A stretch of 64,000 nt of DNA from Ranitomeya imitator (taxonomy: Eukaryota). The stretch lies in the NCBI RefSeq assembly GCF_032444005.1, contig NC_091282.1:1021760001-1021824000 (forward strand), read 5' to 3'. Position numbers and translations under genes: made by a program. The notes beneath the pieces were generated by a model. That model did not search any database. It had not been told where the DNA came from and worked only from the letters and a program-made list of their open reading frames with translations. The stretch's first letter is position 1; each line of letters opens with the position of its first letter. Shown here piece by piece: positions 34,876-47,989 of the stretch.

Positions 34876-37800
34876 ATGAGTATCTCACTGTATTCAATTA
34901 ACGTTAATGGCCTCAACTCGCCGGGTAAGAGGTCTGTGGTTTGGAGTCAGTTGAGCAAATCCCGTCATGATATTTTATGTCTCCAGGAAACGCACTTGCT
35001 GGAATGTGATAACTCCAGAATGCAATCAGGTCTGTACCCGCATCAGTTTTTTGCCAATGGCCCGTCAAAAAAGGCGGGTGTAGCCATTTTCTTCAGCAGG
35101 TCCAACTCCTTCCAACTGGTTCGATCTATAGCGGATCCATTGGGTAGATTCATTGTGGTGTTGTGTCTCATTAATAATGCCCCATATACTATTGCCTCGA
35201 TATATGCCCCTAATGTAGGCCAACTTAAGTTTTTGGAGGGTGTATTCAAAACTCTTAATGATATTCAACATGGGCACAAGCTGATAGCTGGTGACTTCAA
35301 TGCCCCAATGTCCAAAGTCCTCGACTGCTCTGCCTCTTCACTGTCTAGATGTGAAGTCGGTCCTCTAGCTGACTCTTTCCACTTGCATGATGTCTGGCGG
35401 TACCTGCACTGCGGTGAGAGAGACTACACATTTTTGTCTCCCAGACACGGTTCTTATAGCAGGATCGATTTTGTGCTGGTGAATGACGTGGCTCTCCCTC
35501 ACTGCATCGCAGCAGATATTGGCAGTATCACCTGGTCGGATCATGCCCCGGTGTCCCTTACCCTGAAGGACCCCTTGGCCATCAGACCCCCTGCGCGTTG
35601 GCGCCTTAATGCCCACCTCCTGGCTGACCAATCCAATTCCCAATGTATAGAGGAGGCCTTGGGAGAATTTTTTGCCTCCAATGACACTCCTGACATTGGT
35701 GACGATACCCTCTGGTTCGCCCACAAGGCGGTGATTAGGGGTCACTTCATCAAGCTAGCGGCAAAGGCTAAGAGGAAATACAATGCGGCACTTCAGGTAG
35801 CCTTAGACGAACTATCTCGCCTGGAATCTGCTCATAAACTTTCTCCTACTCCAGCGCTTCTCTCTGACCTTTCTAAAGCCCGCATACATGTTCGCAATCT
35901 CCTCCTCCATAAGGCTGAGAAGGCCCTGAGGAAAACCAGAGCCAAATTCTACACAATGGGGGATCGAGCGGGTGCTGTTCTGGCTAGACGTGTTAGGAAG
36001 AGAGAGGCCCAATCCAAGATCCCATTCTTGCTCCGGTCTGACGGCTCCCAGGTTCGCAACCCGATTCAGATTGCGGAGGAGTTTGCTTCTTATTATTCCT
36101 CGCTTTATGACCTCGGGTCTGACCTGGGGATTCCTCAACCTACGCGGGAGTCGATTTTGGCGTTCTTGAAGAGGGCTAATCTCCCCTCGGTCACTCAGGA
36201 GCAGCTCTCCTTCCTAAATTCCCCCATTGTCGAGTCTGAACTCTCGCAGATTATCAGAGAGGCCAATAAGGGTTCTTCCCCGGGGCCTGATGGCTTTCCC
36301 TTCTCCTACTATGCTCAGTTTTTTCCTGCCCTTGCCCCCTTTCTGTTGCGTCTTTTTAATAATTGGCTGGCGGTTGGTAGTATTAGGGCTGAGGGGTTGG
36401 AGGCTGCCATTGCGACTCTCCCCAAACAAGGGAAACCCACAACATCTCCGGGGAACTTCCGCCCGATAGCACTCTTAAACTGCGACGTTAAGATCTACGC
36501 AAAAGTCTGGGCCAATAGATTGTTCTCAGTCCTTCCTGATCTCATTCACCCCGACCAAGTTGGGTTTGTTCCTGGCAGACAGACGAGGGATGGTACCAGA
36601 CGACTGATAGATCTCTTGGATGTGGTGGAGAGGGGGAGTCTCCCCAGTGTATTCCTGTCGCTCGATGCCGAGAAGGCGTTTGACAGAGTGCACTGGGGCT
36701 ATATCGAGCTCACATTGGAGAAATTTGGGCTTACCGGGCAGATTAGCAAAGCGGTTATGGCATTGTATTCCAACCCATGCGCGTCGGTTCGATCGGCGGG
36801 ATTCGGGTCTCGAACGTTTCCTATTAGGAACGGTACTCGTCAAGGCTGCCCCCTCTCCCCTATCATCTTTGCTCTGATCATGGAGCCCTTGGCCGCCATG
36901 GTCAGGCAGTGCGCGGCCATAAGGGGAATTGCGATTGGGGGAACCGAACATAAAATTGGTCTTTATGCCGACGACGTGGTCCTGACCTGCACCTCTCCCT
37001 TAACTTCATTGACTGCAATCACCACCATCCTATCTGAGTTTTCGGCGGTTTCATATTATAAACTTAATCTCACCAAATCCACAATTTTCCCCCTCTTCCT
37101 CCCCCCCCCCTTCAGATTCAAATTCAATCTCAATATGCTTTTATTTGGGCTCCCTTGGGCTTTACATATCTGGGCATCAAGATTACTAGGCTAGATAACA
37201 TAAATTGCGTAAATTGCGAAGAAACTCTTTCGGAGGTCAGGAGGGGCATGGAGCAAATATCAAGCGCGTCTCTCTCGTGGATGGCCCGCATACAAACGGC
37301 GAAAATGCTATTCCTCCCCAAAATAATGTACCTCTTTCGGTGCCTTCCCCTTTTTATCTCCTCGAAGTTTATTTCGGCTTTTCAATCTTTGATAGACCGA
37401 TTTATCTGGAATAAGAAGCCCCATAGGGTCAGGCGTCGGATTATGTCCCTTCCGTACTCTGCGGGGGGGTTGGGAGCTCCTGCGGTCCAGGCGTATTACA
37501 GGGCGGCGATCCTTGAGCCCCTTAAAATATGGTGGGAGGGGAACTCATGTTTGCCCTGGTTTCTGATTGAATCCCATTTTGCTCCCCAAAACTCGCTTAG
37601 ATTGCTTTTGGAGCTCCAACTACTTCAAGTTCCTCCTGTGGGCCCCTGTCTCCGTTCTATTAGGAACGCATCTAAACTGTGGGCGCTCCTTAGCACTTCT
37701 CTCCTAACATTCATGTTTGACTATGTCTCTTTGCAGGCTGTGGAGTGTGCCATTGTCCACATTTCTCTTGCCTCCTGGACGAGGCGTGGGGTGCACCGGG

Positions 37801-38648
37801 TGGCGGACCTTTTCAGCTCGGACGGTCTCTTGTCGTTTGAGGACCTTGCAGGGAGATTTTCCCTCACTGGGTCTGACTTCTTTCAATACCTGCAGATTCG
37901 CAGCTTCCTCAGACCGTGGCGGTCATTCGGTGCACCCCCGCCTCTGACAGAGGACCCGGCCCATAGATTCTTCAGACCATCCACCATTGTGCCACATGGC
38001 ATCTCCATAATTTATAAAGCCCTCATTTCATTTGGTTCTACTGACAAACTTCCTTTTATGTCTTCCTGGGAGTCAGCGTTGGGCTTTGAGGCTTCCCTGG
38101 AGGATTGGCAATTTGCTATGGTACACCCTTCTAGGTTCTCGTCTTGTTTGGGCCACTTGGAGCAGGTGAAAAAAATTCAGCTCCACTGGTACCTCACCCC
38201 CGCCCGATTGGCGAGGGTTTTCCCGGCTACCTCTCCGCGCTGCTGGAAGGGATGTGGCGCCCTTGGGTCCTCCTCTCATGTCTGGTGGTCGTGTCCGCAG
38301 GTCCGGGTCTTCTGGCGTGAGGTAGAGACTTTGATTGAGGATCTGATCCGTATGCCCCTTGTTCTGAGTGGCCAACTCGCTGTCCTGGGCATCTCCCTCA
38401 TTGATCTCCCTGCCCCCCTGCGCCCCATAGTTTCTAATATCCTAGTGGCTGCTAGGCAATGTATCGCGAAGCATTGGAAGACCTCCGTTTCCCCCTCCAG
38501 AGCAGAGCTGATCTCCAGGATTGATTTACATTTTTGTTATGAGGTCATAATGGCAGGGGGTCTATCGAAAAGAGCTAAGGTCCTCTCGTGGTGGGACCCT
38601 TGGACGTCCTCGCCATTTGTATCTCAGTCTGCTCTTTCCCTTATTTAA
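34876..38648 (+). pseudogene. L1 ORF2p (APE endonuclease, RT, C-terminal Cys motif), split by one frameshift in a C10 run (37101-37110)
   Basis: SINVNGL, LQETH, GDFN, SRID and SDH; RPIALLN, LDAEKAFD, GTRQGCPLSP and YADD; CWKGCG...HVWWSC. Confidence 0.93.
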
Positions 38649-39689
38649 ACTGTTTGCTCCTACAATTCTGCTCTTGTTTTTTGGTTTTCTGCTTATTTCT
38701 TTTATCCTCTATGTGACACTGTATTTATGTATTTTGTATTGATTACATTGTGGTCCTTAATACGGTATGCATTGGATTTTTCCCCTGTTCCCCCCTTCCC
38801 TCCCCCCACCTTCCCTTTTCATTCTGATATGTTGTTTATTGTGAAAAATGTTCAATAAATACTGATTGGTTAAAAAAAAAAAAGTAAAAAAAAAAATAAA
38901 GGGACAGGCACAGACACCATCTGCTGAATACTCTCATCATCATACACCTTCTCTCGTTGCTATCAGTACTATTCTTATCAGCCAATGCCTGTGACGAGTG
39001 GTAACCTTTTTATCGCTGGTCCCAGCTGCTGGCTCTCATGCTGTCATCTGTGTGACAGAGTGGAAACTGCAGCATTTTGACCTGCAGTTACTAACTTACC
39101 CCCAATCATAGCCGGTGTTTCCTGTGCTGTCACACAGATGACAGTATGTGAAACGCTGGAGGTTCAAGCCACCCATTTGTTCTGGTACCCAAACCGAACA
39201 TTTTAAAGTTCAGCTGAACCTGACTGACCCAAAAATCCATGGGTCCGCCCATAACTGATAATAATATTAGCACACCCCTCCAAGTTGAAATGTAGTATAG
39301 TTCTTCTGATTTGCTATTTTTCCTACAACATGGACAATGCAGAAGTTTGGATAATGTAATGCCAATGGCCCATGTCCCTATGTGACCTCTTTCCCTCCTG
39401 TCAGCAGGTACGTGGATATACTCACCACTCCGGCCGAGCTGTGGTGTCCCCACTCTCTTCTGTACTTCCTGCTGCCATGGTTCACCTGGGCCTGCGTATG
39501 CTGCACAGGTCTCCCGGCGGTGGGCCTTTTATGTGTAGACTTTGGAAATGTCCCCAGCTAATGGCTGAGAGGCATCAAGTATATACGGCACGCTCTCCTG
39601 TTGGGAGGTGCCTCAACAACCCCCATAGTTTCCCTACTGTGAATGTGCAAATAGTATGCTGCTAATGTCCCTGTCCTTGAGTTAGTTGG

Positions 39690-39850
39690 TATTGAACCTG
39701 AAGCTGCATCAGCAGCCCCTAAATCCAAAGCTACATTACCAGTCCCTGAACCTAAAACTGCATAAACAGTCTCTGAACCTGAAACCACATCAGGGGTCCC
39801 TGAACTTGAAACCGCATCGGCTGTACTTAAAGCTGAAACCGCATCACAGA
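39690..39850 (+). repeat. Degenerate 27-bp tandem repeat
   Basis: Units such as CCCTGAACCTAAAACTGCATAAACAGT; they give a 9-aa periodicity in the ORF track (LNLKLH...). Confidence 0.7.
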
Positions 39851-40044
39851 ATCATAGAATGTTGGAAGAGACGTCCAGGGTCATCATGTCCAACCCCCTG
39901 CTCAATGCAGGATTCACTAAACTACCTCAGACAGATGTCTGTCCAGCTTCTGTTTGAAGACTTCGATTGAAGGAGAACTCACCACTAGTCATGATCGAAT
40001 TGGGAAATATTCGGATTTGGTAAAACTGGCACAAATAATTTCTG

Positions 40045-40102
<58 letters not shown>
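40045..40102. repeat. (AT)n microsatellite within a degraded hAT-MITE-like sequence
   Basis: An AT run with one interruption; flanks resemble the hAT subterminal region (TGCAAGTCAATGGGG). Confidence 0.9.
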
Positions 40103-40105
<3 letters not shown>

Positions 40106-40497
40106 TAATGAATAATGAATAATATGAATAATGAATGCAAGTCAATGGGGAAGCCAAATATTTTTCTACTGGACCCAACAAACAGGTATGGGGGCATGAG
40201 GAAAATGCTGAAATGGAAGAGAAAGAGCTAAAAGTAAATGCAAACGGGATGGAGAGGATGCCTGCATACCTTTTGGACTCACATATGGTATCTGGGAATA
40301 AAGTTGTCAGACTATTGCGCCGGTTTTATGAATTTTGGAAAAGATCTACCAAACTAAACTAAAGGGGAAAAATGCTAAGAAACATTTTTTCCTTCATAAT
40401 TACATGTATGTAATGTAAAATAAAAAAATAAAAAATATATACCTCTCTTTGAGCATATGTTCACACGGAGCATTTTGGCATTAGTTTTTCCATTAAC

Positions 40498-41000
40498 CTT
40501 TACAATGCCATTTCAAACATGCCCATTTGAATTTTGGGCTTTGCCCACCACCACCATGTCCAACGGCATGCCATTATGCAGCCCTCGCTTACAATTTGCA
40601 GAGTGCCAGCAGATGCCGTGAAACCTTAGTTTGGTAAGGGTCCTCAGGTGGCACTGTATCATACATTTGGGAAAGCTCTCACTCCTACATTCAGGTGGTC
40701 CCTCCCTCATGCCCAATAGTTAGCAAGATAGTGGACAACATATTCCCCATTCCTTTACAATGCTACATCAAACATGCCCACTTGAATTTTGGTCTTTGCC
40801 CGCCACCACAACCATGTCCACTGCCATGTCATTATGCGGCCCTCGCTTGCAATTTGCAGAGTGCCAGCAGGTGCCATATAACCTGAGTTTGGCAAGGGCT
40901 CTCAGGTGGCCCTGAAACATACATTTGGAAGAGCTCTTACTCCTACATTCGGGAAGTCCGTGCCTCATGCCAAATAGACAGCCAGACAGTGGAATATATA
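40498..41000 (+). repeat. Two-copy 255-bp tandem repeat
   Basis: CTTTACAATGC...CAAACATGCCCA recurs at 40498 and 40753. Confidence 0.8.
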
Positions 41001-42433
41001 CAGTTGTGCTCAAAAGTTTACATAACCTGGCATAATTTTAACTTTCTTGGCCTTTTTTCAGAGAATATGAATGATAACACCAAAGTTTTTTTCTCCACTC
41101 CTGGTTAGTGGTTGGGTGAAACTATTTATTGTCAAACTACTGTGTTTTCTATTTTTAAATCATAATGACAACCCAAAACATCATAATCACCTGGATCAAA
41201 AGTTTAAATACCCTGGTGATTTTGGCCAGATAACATGCACAGAAGTTGACACAAATGGGTTTCAATTGCTACTAAAGAAAACATTCTCACCTCTGACCAG
41301 TTTGCTTGTAATCAGTGTGTGTGCATTAAAGTTGAGTGAGTTTCTGGGATCCAGACAGATGCTTGCTTCTTTCATCCAGCCACTGACGTTTCTGAATTGT
41401 GAGTCATGGGGAAAGCAAAAGAATTGTCAACGGATCTATGGGAAAAGATAGTTGGACTCTATAAAACAGGAAAGAGATACAAAAATATATCCAAGTAATT
41501 GATAATGGCAGTCAGCAGTGTTCAAACTGTGATTAACAAATAGAAAATCAGGGGCTCTGTAAAAACAAAACTACGGTCAGGTAGACCAACAAAAATTTTG
41601 TCCACAACTGCCAGGAAATATGTTCGGGATGCAAAGAAAAACCCATAAATAGCATCATAACATCAGCTGAAATACTGGACTCTCTGAAAGCTTGTGGTGT
41701 GGCTGTTTCAAGATGCACAGTAAGGAGGCACTTGAAGAAATATCGGCTGCATTGTTGAGTCGCCAGAAGAAAGCCATTACTGTGCAAATGCTACAAATTA
41801 TCTCTTCTACATTAGACAAACCTGAAAACTTCTGGAACAAGGTAATTTGAAGTGATGAGATCAAAATTGATCTTTATGGCCACAACCATAAACATTACAT
41901 TTGGAGAGAGGTCAACAAGTCCTATGGTGAAAGAACACCATTCCTACTGTAAAGCGCGCAGGTGGATCGCTGATGTTTTGGGAATGTGTGAGCTACAAAG
42001 ACACTGGAAACTTGGTCAAAGTGGAAGGAAAGATATATGCAGCAGCATGTAAATACTGGAGGCAAATTTTCAATCATCAGCTGGAAGCTGCGCATGGGAC
42101 GTACTTGGACTTTCCAACATGACAATGATCCAAAACACAAGGACAAGTTGACCTGTCAGGAACTGGAGTATTTTTTTCAAGAAGAGTGGGCAGCTTTACC
42201 ATCTGAGAAAATAAAGAACGTCATCCACAACTACAAAAGACTTCAAACTGTTATTGATGTTAGAGGGGTCAATACACTGTATTAAGAAATGGGGTGTGTG
42301 AACTTTTGATCAGCATCATTTTGATGTTTTGTTTTGTCATTATGATTTAAAAAGAAAACACAGTAGTTTGACAATACATGGCTTCACCCAACCACTAACA
42401 ATGAGTGGAGAAAATTTTTTGGTGTTATCATTA
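41001..42433 (+). mobile_element. Degraded Tc1 element; right TIR truncated by a TAGTGTTGAGC-type MITE fragment
   Basis: TA-CAGTTGTGCTCAAAAGTTT start; MGKAKELS at 41406; FQHDNDPKH near 42112; partial right TIR at ~42380-42433. Confidence 0.85.
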
Positions 42434-42890
42434 GTGTTGAGCATTCCGATACCGCAAGTATCGGGTATCGGCCGATACTTTTGTGATATCGGGTATCGGT
42501 ATCGGATCAATAGGGATGTGTAAAATAGACTTTGTTAGTACACTGTTAAAACATCTTCAAACAGGCAGGATGAGGAGAAGTGGACAAGGATCGGACAATG
42601 GCCATTTCGTGCACCTGCGCTTCTACGGGTCCAGGCAAGGACCATGTTCCAATAAGTGTAAGGCTGCATCCTGAAATGGTCTGTGGAGCGCATTAACCCA
42701 GTCTTTTAGATGTGCTTAAAATGTATAGAATCTGGGCAATACCCTACCACTATATTTTTTAGGACACAAATTTAGAAAATTTAATTGAAGCAAACGTTTA
42801 CTAAAGAGATGTAGGAGCCTGGAAAACCCAGCATTGGTCTTTGTCCAGCACCAGACAAAGTAAAGTGGTAATGAATATGTATGCCCTATC

Positions 42891-43730
42891 TGTTAGGGTT
42901 GGCGGAACGCACCGAATATATATTTATTAGAGGAAATTGGTGCATTCGCAACCCGGAATCCACCGTGCAGGAAAGCACCTGCAGCTAGATATGGCGGTAC
43001 TATATAGTGGTATAAACAGACTCTGCTACTTCGCAGAGTTTGTTGGCAAAGATAACGCTGTGCCCTGTTTGACTCACAGAGGCACACAGCTACTTAGTAG
43101 AGTAGATGGTGGTCATGCAGTCAAATGCAAACATGAAACTCGCCCGCATTCTAGGGGCTTATTTCAGCCGCGTCCCTGAATACACACACACAAAACTCCT
43201 CGCCGGAGGTGTCAGCATTCTAGGGGCTTATTTCAGCCGGGTCCCTGACTGAATACAAAACATGACCACACTGGCACTGAGCTCATACATAAATTGACAC
43301 TAGCGCATGGCCGTGCGGTCATGAGAACCCTTTATAGCTGTAGCACCTACAGGACCTTCCAAGAAGGAATGGAAGGCTGCCACAGAACTTGATCAGGTAC
43401 AGGGCCATCCTGGAGGACCAAGGGAAGTTGCTGCAGTACCTGAGCATGTGACCCTTGATCTCCACTGAGAGATCTTGCCCTGGGCATGCTCAGTGTGTGC
43501 AAAGCAGGACTTAGTCCCGGAAAAGCCTGCTCGCTGCAGACCAGTGCAGGGTACAATAGTAAAGCCTGGAGAGGCAGCAGTAACCCTTTGCACAGTATCA
43601 GATTCAGTGAGATGCTGGGATTGACATCTCCGCTGAGCAGGCTCCACTGCGGCTGATGCAGAATGGGTGACCGCAGCAGACATGGTTCAAGATTCCCCCT
43701 GTGCAGCGGCGGGAACTCGACTCCTAAACA
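42891..43730 (-). mobile_element. Solo LTR of the same Gypsy group, reverse orientation
   Basis: Reverse complement begins TGTTTAGGAGTCGAGTTCCC and ends CGTTCCGCCAACCCTAACA; carries the TATA and GCGCTAGTG motifs; no matching TSD. Confidence 0.8.
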
Positions 43731-44060
43731 GACATACAGTATGTGCTGACGAGGGACAACTGAATGCTATGCTGGGACAATGAACTGGACGTGGTTGCTG
43801 ACTGCTGTGTATGTGCAACTGCAGGTGGTGGGCAGTAGGCATCAGCGCCTGCTTTCTGGACGGCAGATTGGGTAGGCCATAACACAGGGGATGAGCCAGT
43901 GGTTTCAATGTCAGACACAGATTTTGTACCCAGACATTCTACCCACCTACTTGGTTACTGTGTATATGAGCAGTATATTGCGTACTCTAACAGAGGTATT
44001 ATGTCAAATTTTCCTTTATAAAGGGATATGTGGGTAAGATTTTGGAACTAGCAGCATATA

Positions 44061-45290
44061 CCGATCTGGCAACAATTTAGAGACCACTGCACAATTTTAT
44101 AAAAATCAGATTCTCTACATGTCTGACAGCCATTCCATTCCAGTGTCAGTTGAATCCAACCAGAGTACACCTCATTCTTAATTAATGTGCTTCCGATTAG
44201 GTGATTATTACCTGAACTAAAACTTATTTACAGAAGGAAAGTATAAAAAAAACTGCTGTGGTGTTCACAATCTTCTTGCAATAGGACAAGATGGATGGAA
44301 AAACAAGTGCTAGTAATATCCCAAAAGTAATGGGAATGAAAAAATAACTTTTAACCATTCCAAAGGGGTTGAAAAGAATAATCTTGAGTGTGGAAAAGAA
44401 GGGCTCAATTCTGGCTTTACTAGCAGAGGGACACAGTGAGCGTCATGTTGCCTCCATCCTTAAACTTTCTTAGACGGCAGTCCATTACAACAAGCAGCAG
44501 ACATTGGGGTCAACAAAGCTACAGACCGGCAGAGGATGAAAACCACTCTCCACTGACCGGAAAGACCATCATCTTTTTCGAATGTCACTCAGCAACCACA
44601 GGATTATATCAAAAGAAATGGCAAATGGCAGCTGGGGTGAAGTGCACGGCAAGAACTGTTCATAACAGGCTCCTATAGGCAGGACTCAAGTCATGTAAAG
44701 GTAGAAAAAGCCTTTCATCAATGATAAGCAAAGGAAAGCCAGGCTGGAGTTTGCCAAAGACCAAGAGGATTGGACCATAGAGGACTGGAGTAAGGTAATC
44801 TTCTCTGATGAGTCTAATTTTGTCTTGCACCCACTGTGAAATTTGATGGAGAATTGGTGATGATCTGGGGATGCTTCAGAGCTGGAATTGGGCAGGTTGC
44901 TATTTGCAAAGGACGTATGAATCAAGCCGCATACAAGGTTATCCTGGAGAAACAGTTGATTCCTTCTGCTCAGGCAATCTTTCCCAACTCTGAGGACTGT
45001 TTTTCTAGCAGGACAATGCACCATGCCACACAGCTAGGTCAATCGAGGTATGGATGAAGGACCACTACATCAAATACCTGTCATGGCCAGTCCTATCTCC
45101 AGACCTGAACCCCATTGAAAACCTCTGGAATGTAATCAAGAGGAAGATGGATAGTCACAAGCCATCAAACAAAGAAGAACTGCTTACATTTTTGTACCAA
45201 GAGTGGCATAAGATCACCAAAAGCAGTGTGAAAGACTGGTGGAAAGCATGCCAAGATGCACGAAAGCTGTGATTAAAAATCGTGATTATC
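44061..45290 (+). mobile_element. Degraded Tc1 relic
   Basis: TA-CCGATCTGGCAAC start; MIWGCF and [15 protein letters not shown] fragments. Confidence 0.8.
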
Positions 45291-46460
45291 GTACACAACC
45301 AGACCTGATTGGAGATTCAGCAGGGAGTGCCACTGATCGGTCGGCTCTTTTATCCCTTTCAACATCTCGTCTGCGTTGTGAACTTTATCATCTAAACAGA
45401 TGAGCTTTATCAGAGCGTGCTGCCATTTTGCCAAGGCAGTGCTGCAGTCTTCCCAGCTGAGGAGCAATAGGGATGCTAGTTCTGCTGAGGATGAGGAGGA
45501 GAGACAGGAACTGGAATACCAGGAGACTGAAACACTGATTGAAGTTGGGTCCGCTATTCTTGGTTTGAGTAATATGTGTGATGTCCCAGCATCTGACTCT
45601 GTCCCAAACACCACCAGGTTCACCCAGTGTGCCATCACCATCCCCATCCACAAGATCTAGTCCATGTGTCTGTGGTTAGGTGGACCTTCCTTGTGACTGC
45701 GTTGGTTAGAGCATGGCTGATATTGTGAAACATGTGCTTCTGTAATGCGGGGACAGCACGCTGGAGAAAAATAGTGGTGGCTGGGAATCGAGTACTGTGG
45801 GATGCCACCGCCAAGAGGTCACGAATTGACTCAGTTCCCACAAGACGAAACAGCAACATTTCCAGGGCTAATAATCTGGCAATGTGGGTGTTTAACATTT
45901 GTGCCTGTGGTTTTGTGAAGAATATTTCTGTTTTCTTTGAAATGTCTGGGACAGGGACAACTGAATGCTGCACTGGGACCATGAAATGGACGTGGTTGCT
46001 GACTGTGGTGTCTGTGCAATTGCAGGTTGTGGGCAGGAGGCGCCTGCTTCATGGACAGCAGATTGGGAAAACCATAACACAGGGGAAGGACATTGGTTTC
46101 ACTCTTAGATTTTGTACCCAGGTGTTTCACCCACCTACTGGGGTGCTTGGATGCCATGTGCTTTTGATCAATGGTGGTGCTCAGGTTGGCAGAGTTCTTG
46201 TCTTTTCTTAGCTTGGTTTGGCAGATGCTGCAAATTACAGTTGCTTTGTCTGAAGGACTTTCAAAAAAACTGCCAAACAAGGGAACAACACACACTTGGC
46301 CTGTTATCCAGCCGAGTGAGGGAGCTCTGTGGAACAGTTGACCGAGTTCTCCCTCTGGTCAAACCACTACTTCTTCTTGCCTGTTTTCGTGCTATGGATC
46401 TATCCCTCTCTGTATTGCAGTGCTCGCTAGGCGTGCCACTGTGCCAGGTGGTACCTCTTC
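45290..46460 (-). pseudogene. hAT/BED transposase fragment from an older subfamily
   Basis: ATVICSIC (BED finger), LNTHIARLL, VHLTTDTWT and YQETETLIEVGS fragments, homologous to 51339-54856. Confidence 0.75.
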
Positions 46461-47989
46461 AGACATTAAAGGGAATTTGTCACCTCATTTTTGCACATAA
46501 GCTGCGGCCACCGCCATTAGGGACTTATCTATAACATTCTGTAATTCATTTTTTAATGTGTGTGAGATCTGCAGACAGCTTCATATCAGCCCCAAAGAAC
46601 TACAATGTGGGATATGGTGGGCTGTACCATGTTTTGCAACAGAATTTTTTATTACCGTGCGTTTGGCCAATGGTTCACTTTCCAACAAGACAATGACCCT
46701 AAGCAAAAAGCTAAAATAACAAAGGAGAACAACTCTGTGACCATTCTTGACTGGCCCAGCTAGAGCCCTAACCTAAACCCAATTGAGCATCTCTGCAGAG
46801 ACCTGAAAATGACTGTCCACCAATGTTCACCATCCAACCTGACAGAACTGGAGAGGATGTGCAAGGAAGAATGGCAGAGGATGCTCAAATCCAGATGTGG
46901 AAAACTTGTTGCATCATTCCCAAGAAGACTCATGGCTGTACTAGCTCAAAAGGGTGCTTCTACTCAATACTGAGCAAAGGGTCTGAATACTTATGACTAG
47001 GGTTGAGCGACTTTTAGATTTTTAGGGTCGAGTCGGGTTTCGCGAAACCCGACTATCTCAAAAGTCGAGTCGAGTGAAATCGGCCGATTATCGCGAAAAG
47101 TCGGGGATCGACCGAAACACGAAACCCAATGCAAGTCAATGGGGGAGCATAGTCGGCAGTGAGTGGAGGCCAGGAAAACACCTACTGTGCCCATTTTAAT
47201 GGCAAAAACATCCATTCTTGTTACTGAAGCTTGTCAATCTTAATTTACCTTATAATAATAGTAAGGCATTGGAAATTGGGGGTCATTTGGCTAAAGTTGT
47301 GGGGGGTAGGGCTGGTTCAAGTATTTAATGGGCCCAGGAAATCTGGACCACGTCACGGCAGTGGAGCAGGGAGAGGTAAGTATTTAAACTTTGCAAGTGC
47401 TGTTATCCTGAGCAAGCAGGGGGGGCCCACTCGTTGGCATTGGCACTGGCACAGGGCCCCTCAAAGTACGGCGGTGTGTTTGCACGGCGGGGGCGCCTCC
47501 CACCGGCAGCGACACTTTTACATACTATGAGGGACCCTGTGCCAGTGACGTCGCCAACGAATATTCCCCCCCTCTCACCTGATGAAGGAACCTGCACTTT
47601 CATCTGCACCTTCCTCTTTGTCCCCGTGTAAGGTGGTATGGTATGCGGGAAGGGGAACCTGACTTTCAGCAGGGACATATTCTGGCTGTATAGTGTGCAC
47701 GGGGAATGTAGCATTCTGGGTCAATGTACCAGCAGAGTCATCTAGCACTGGCTGGGCAATGGGCAGGATGAGGAGGAAACACAGATATAGGCCCAAATAA
47801 TAAAGTGGGCTAAATGCAGTTCAAAATTGGTAACAGGACTAACCAGGGGGCATTGCTTTGTTCAGTGGAGTACAACAGTAATAAGACACAGTGAGTAGGC
47901 CCAAATCAGTAAGTAGGCTAAATGCAGTTCAAATTGGTAACAGAAGTAAACAGGCGGCACTGGTTTGTTCAGTGTAGGAGAACATCAAG

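Larger units (their letters stand above)
33307..38891 (+). mobile_element. Full-length L1-clade LINE
   Basis: GGGGCGTGGCC 5' end, two ORFs, AATAAA at ~38854 and poly(A); 15-17-bp TSD AAAAATAAAGGGACA(GG) at 33292 and 38892. Confidence 0.95.

Noticed and set aside
37099-37113. Programmed -1 frameshift in L1 ORF2
   Set aside because: L1 ORF2 is not known to use one, and a C-run is not a typical X XXY YYZ slippery site (Y is normally A/U); an indel is simpler.
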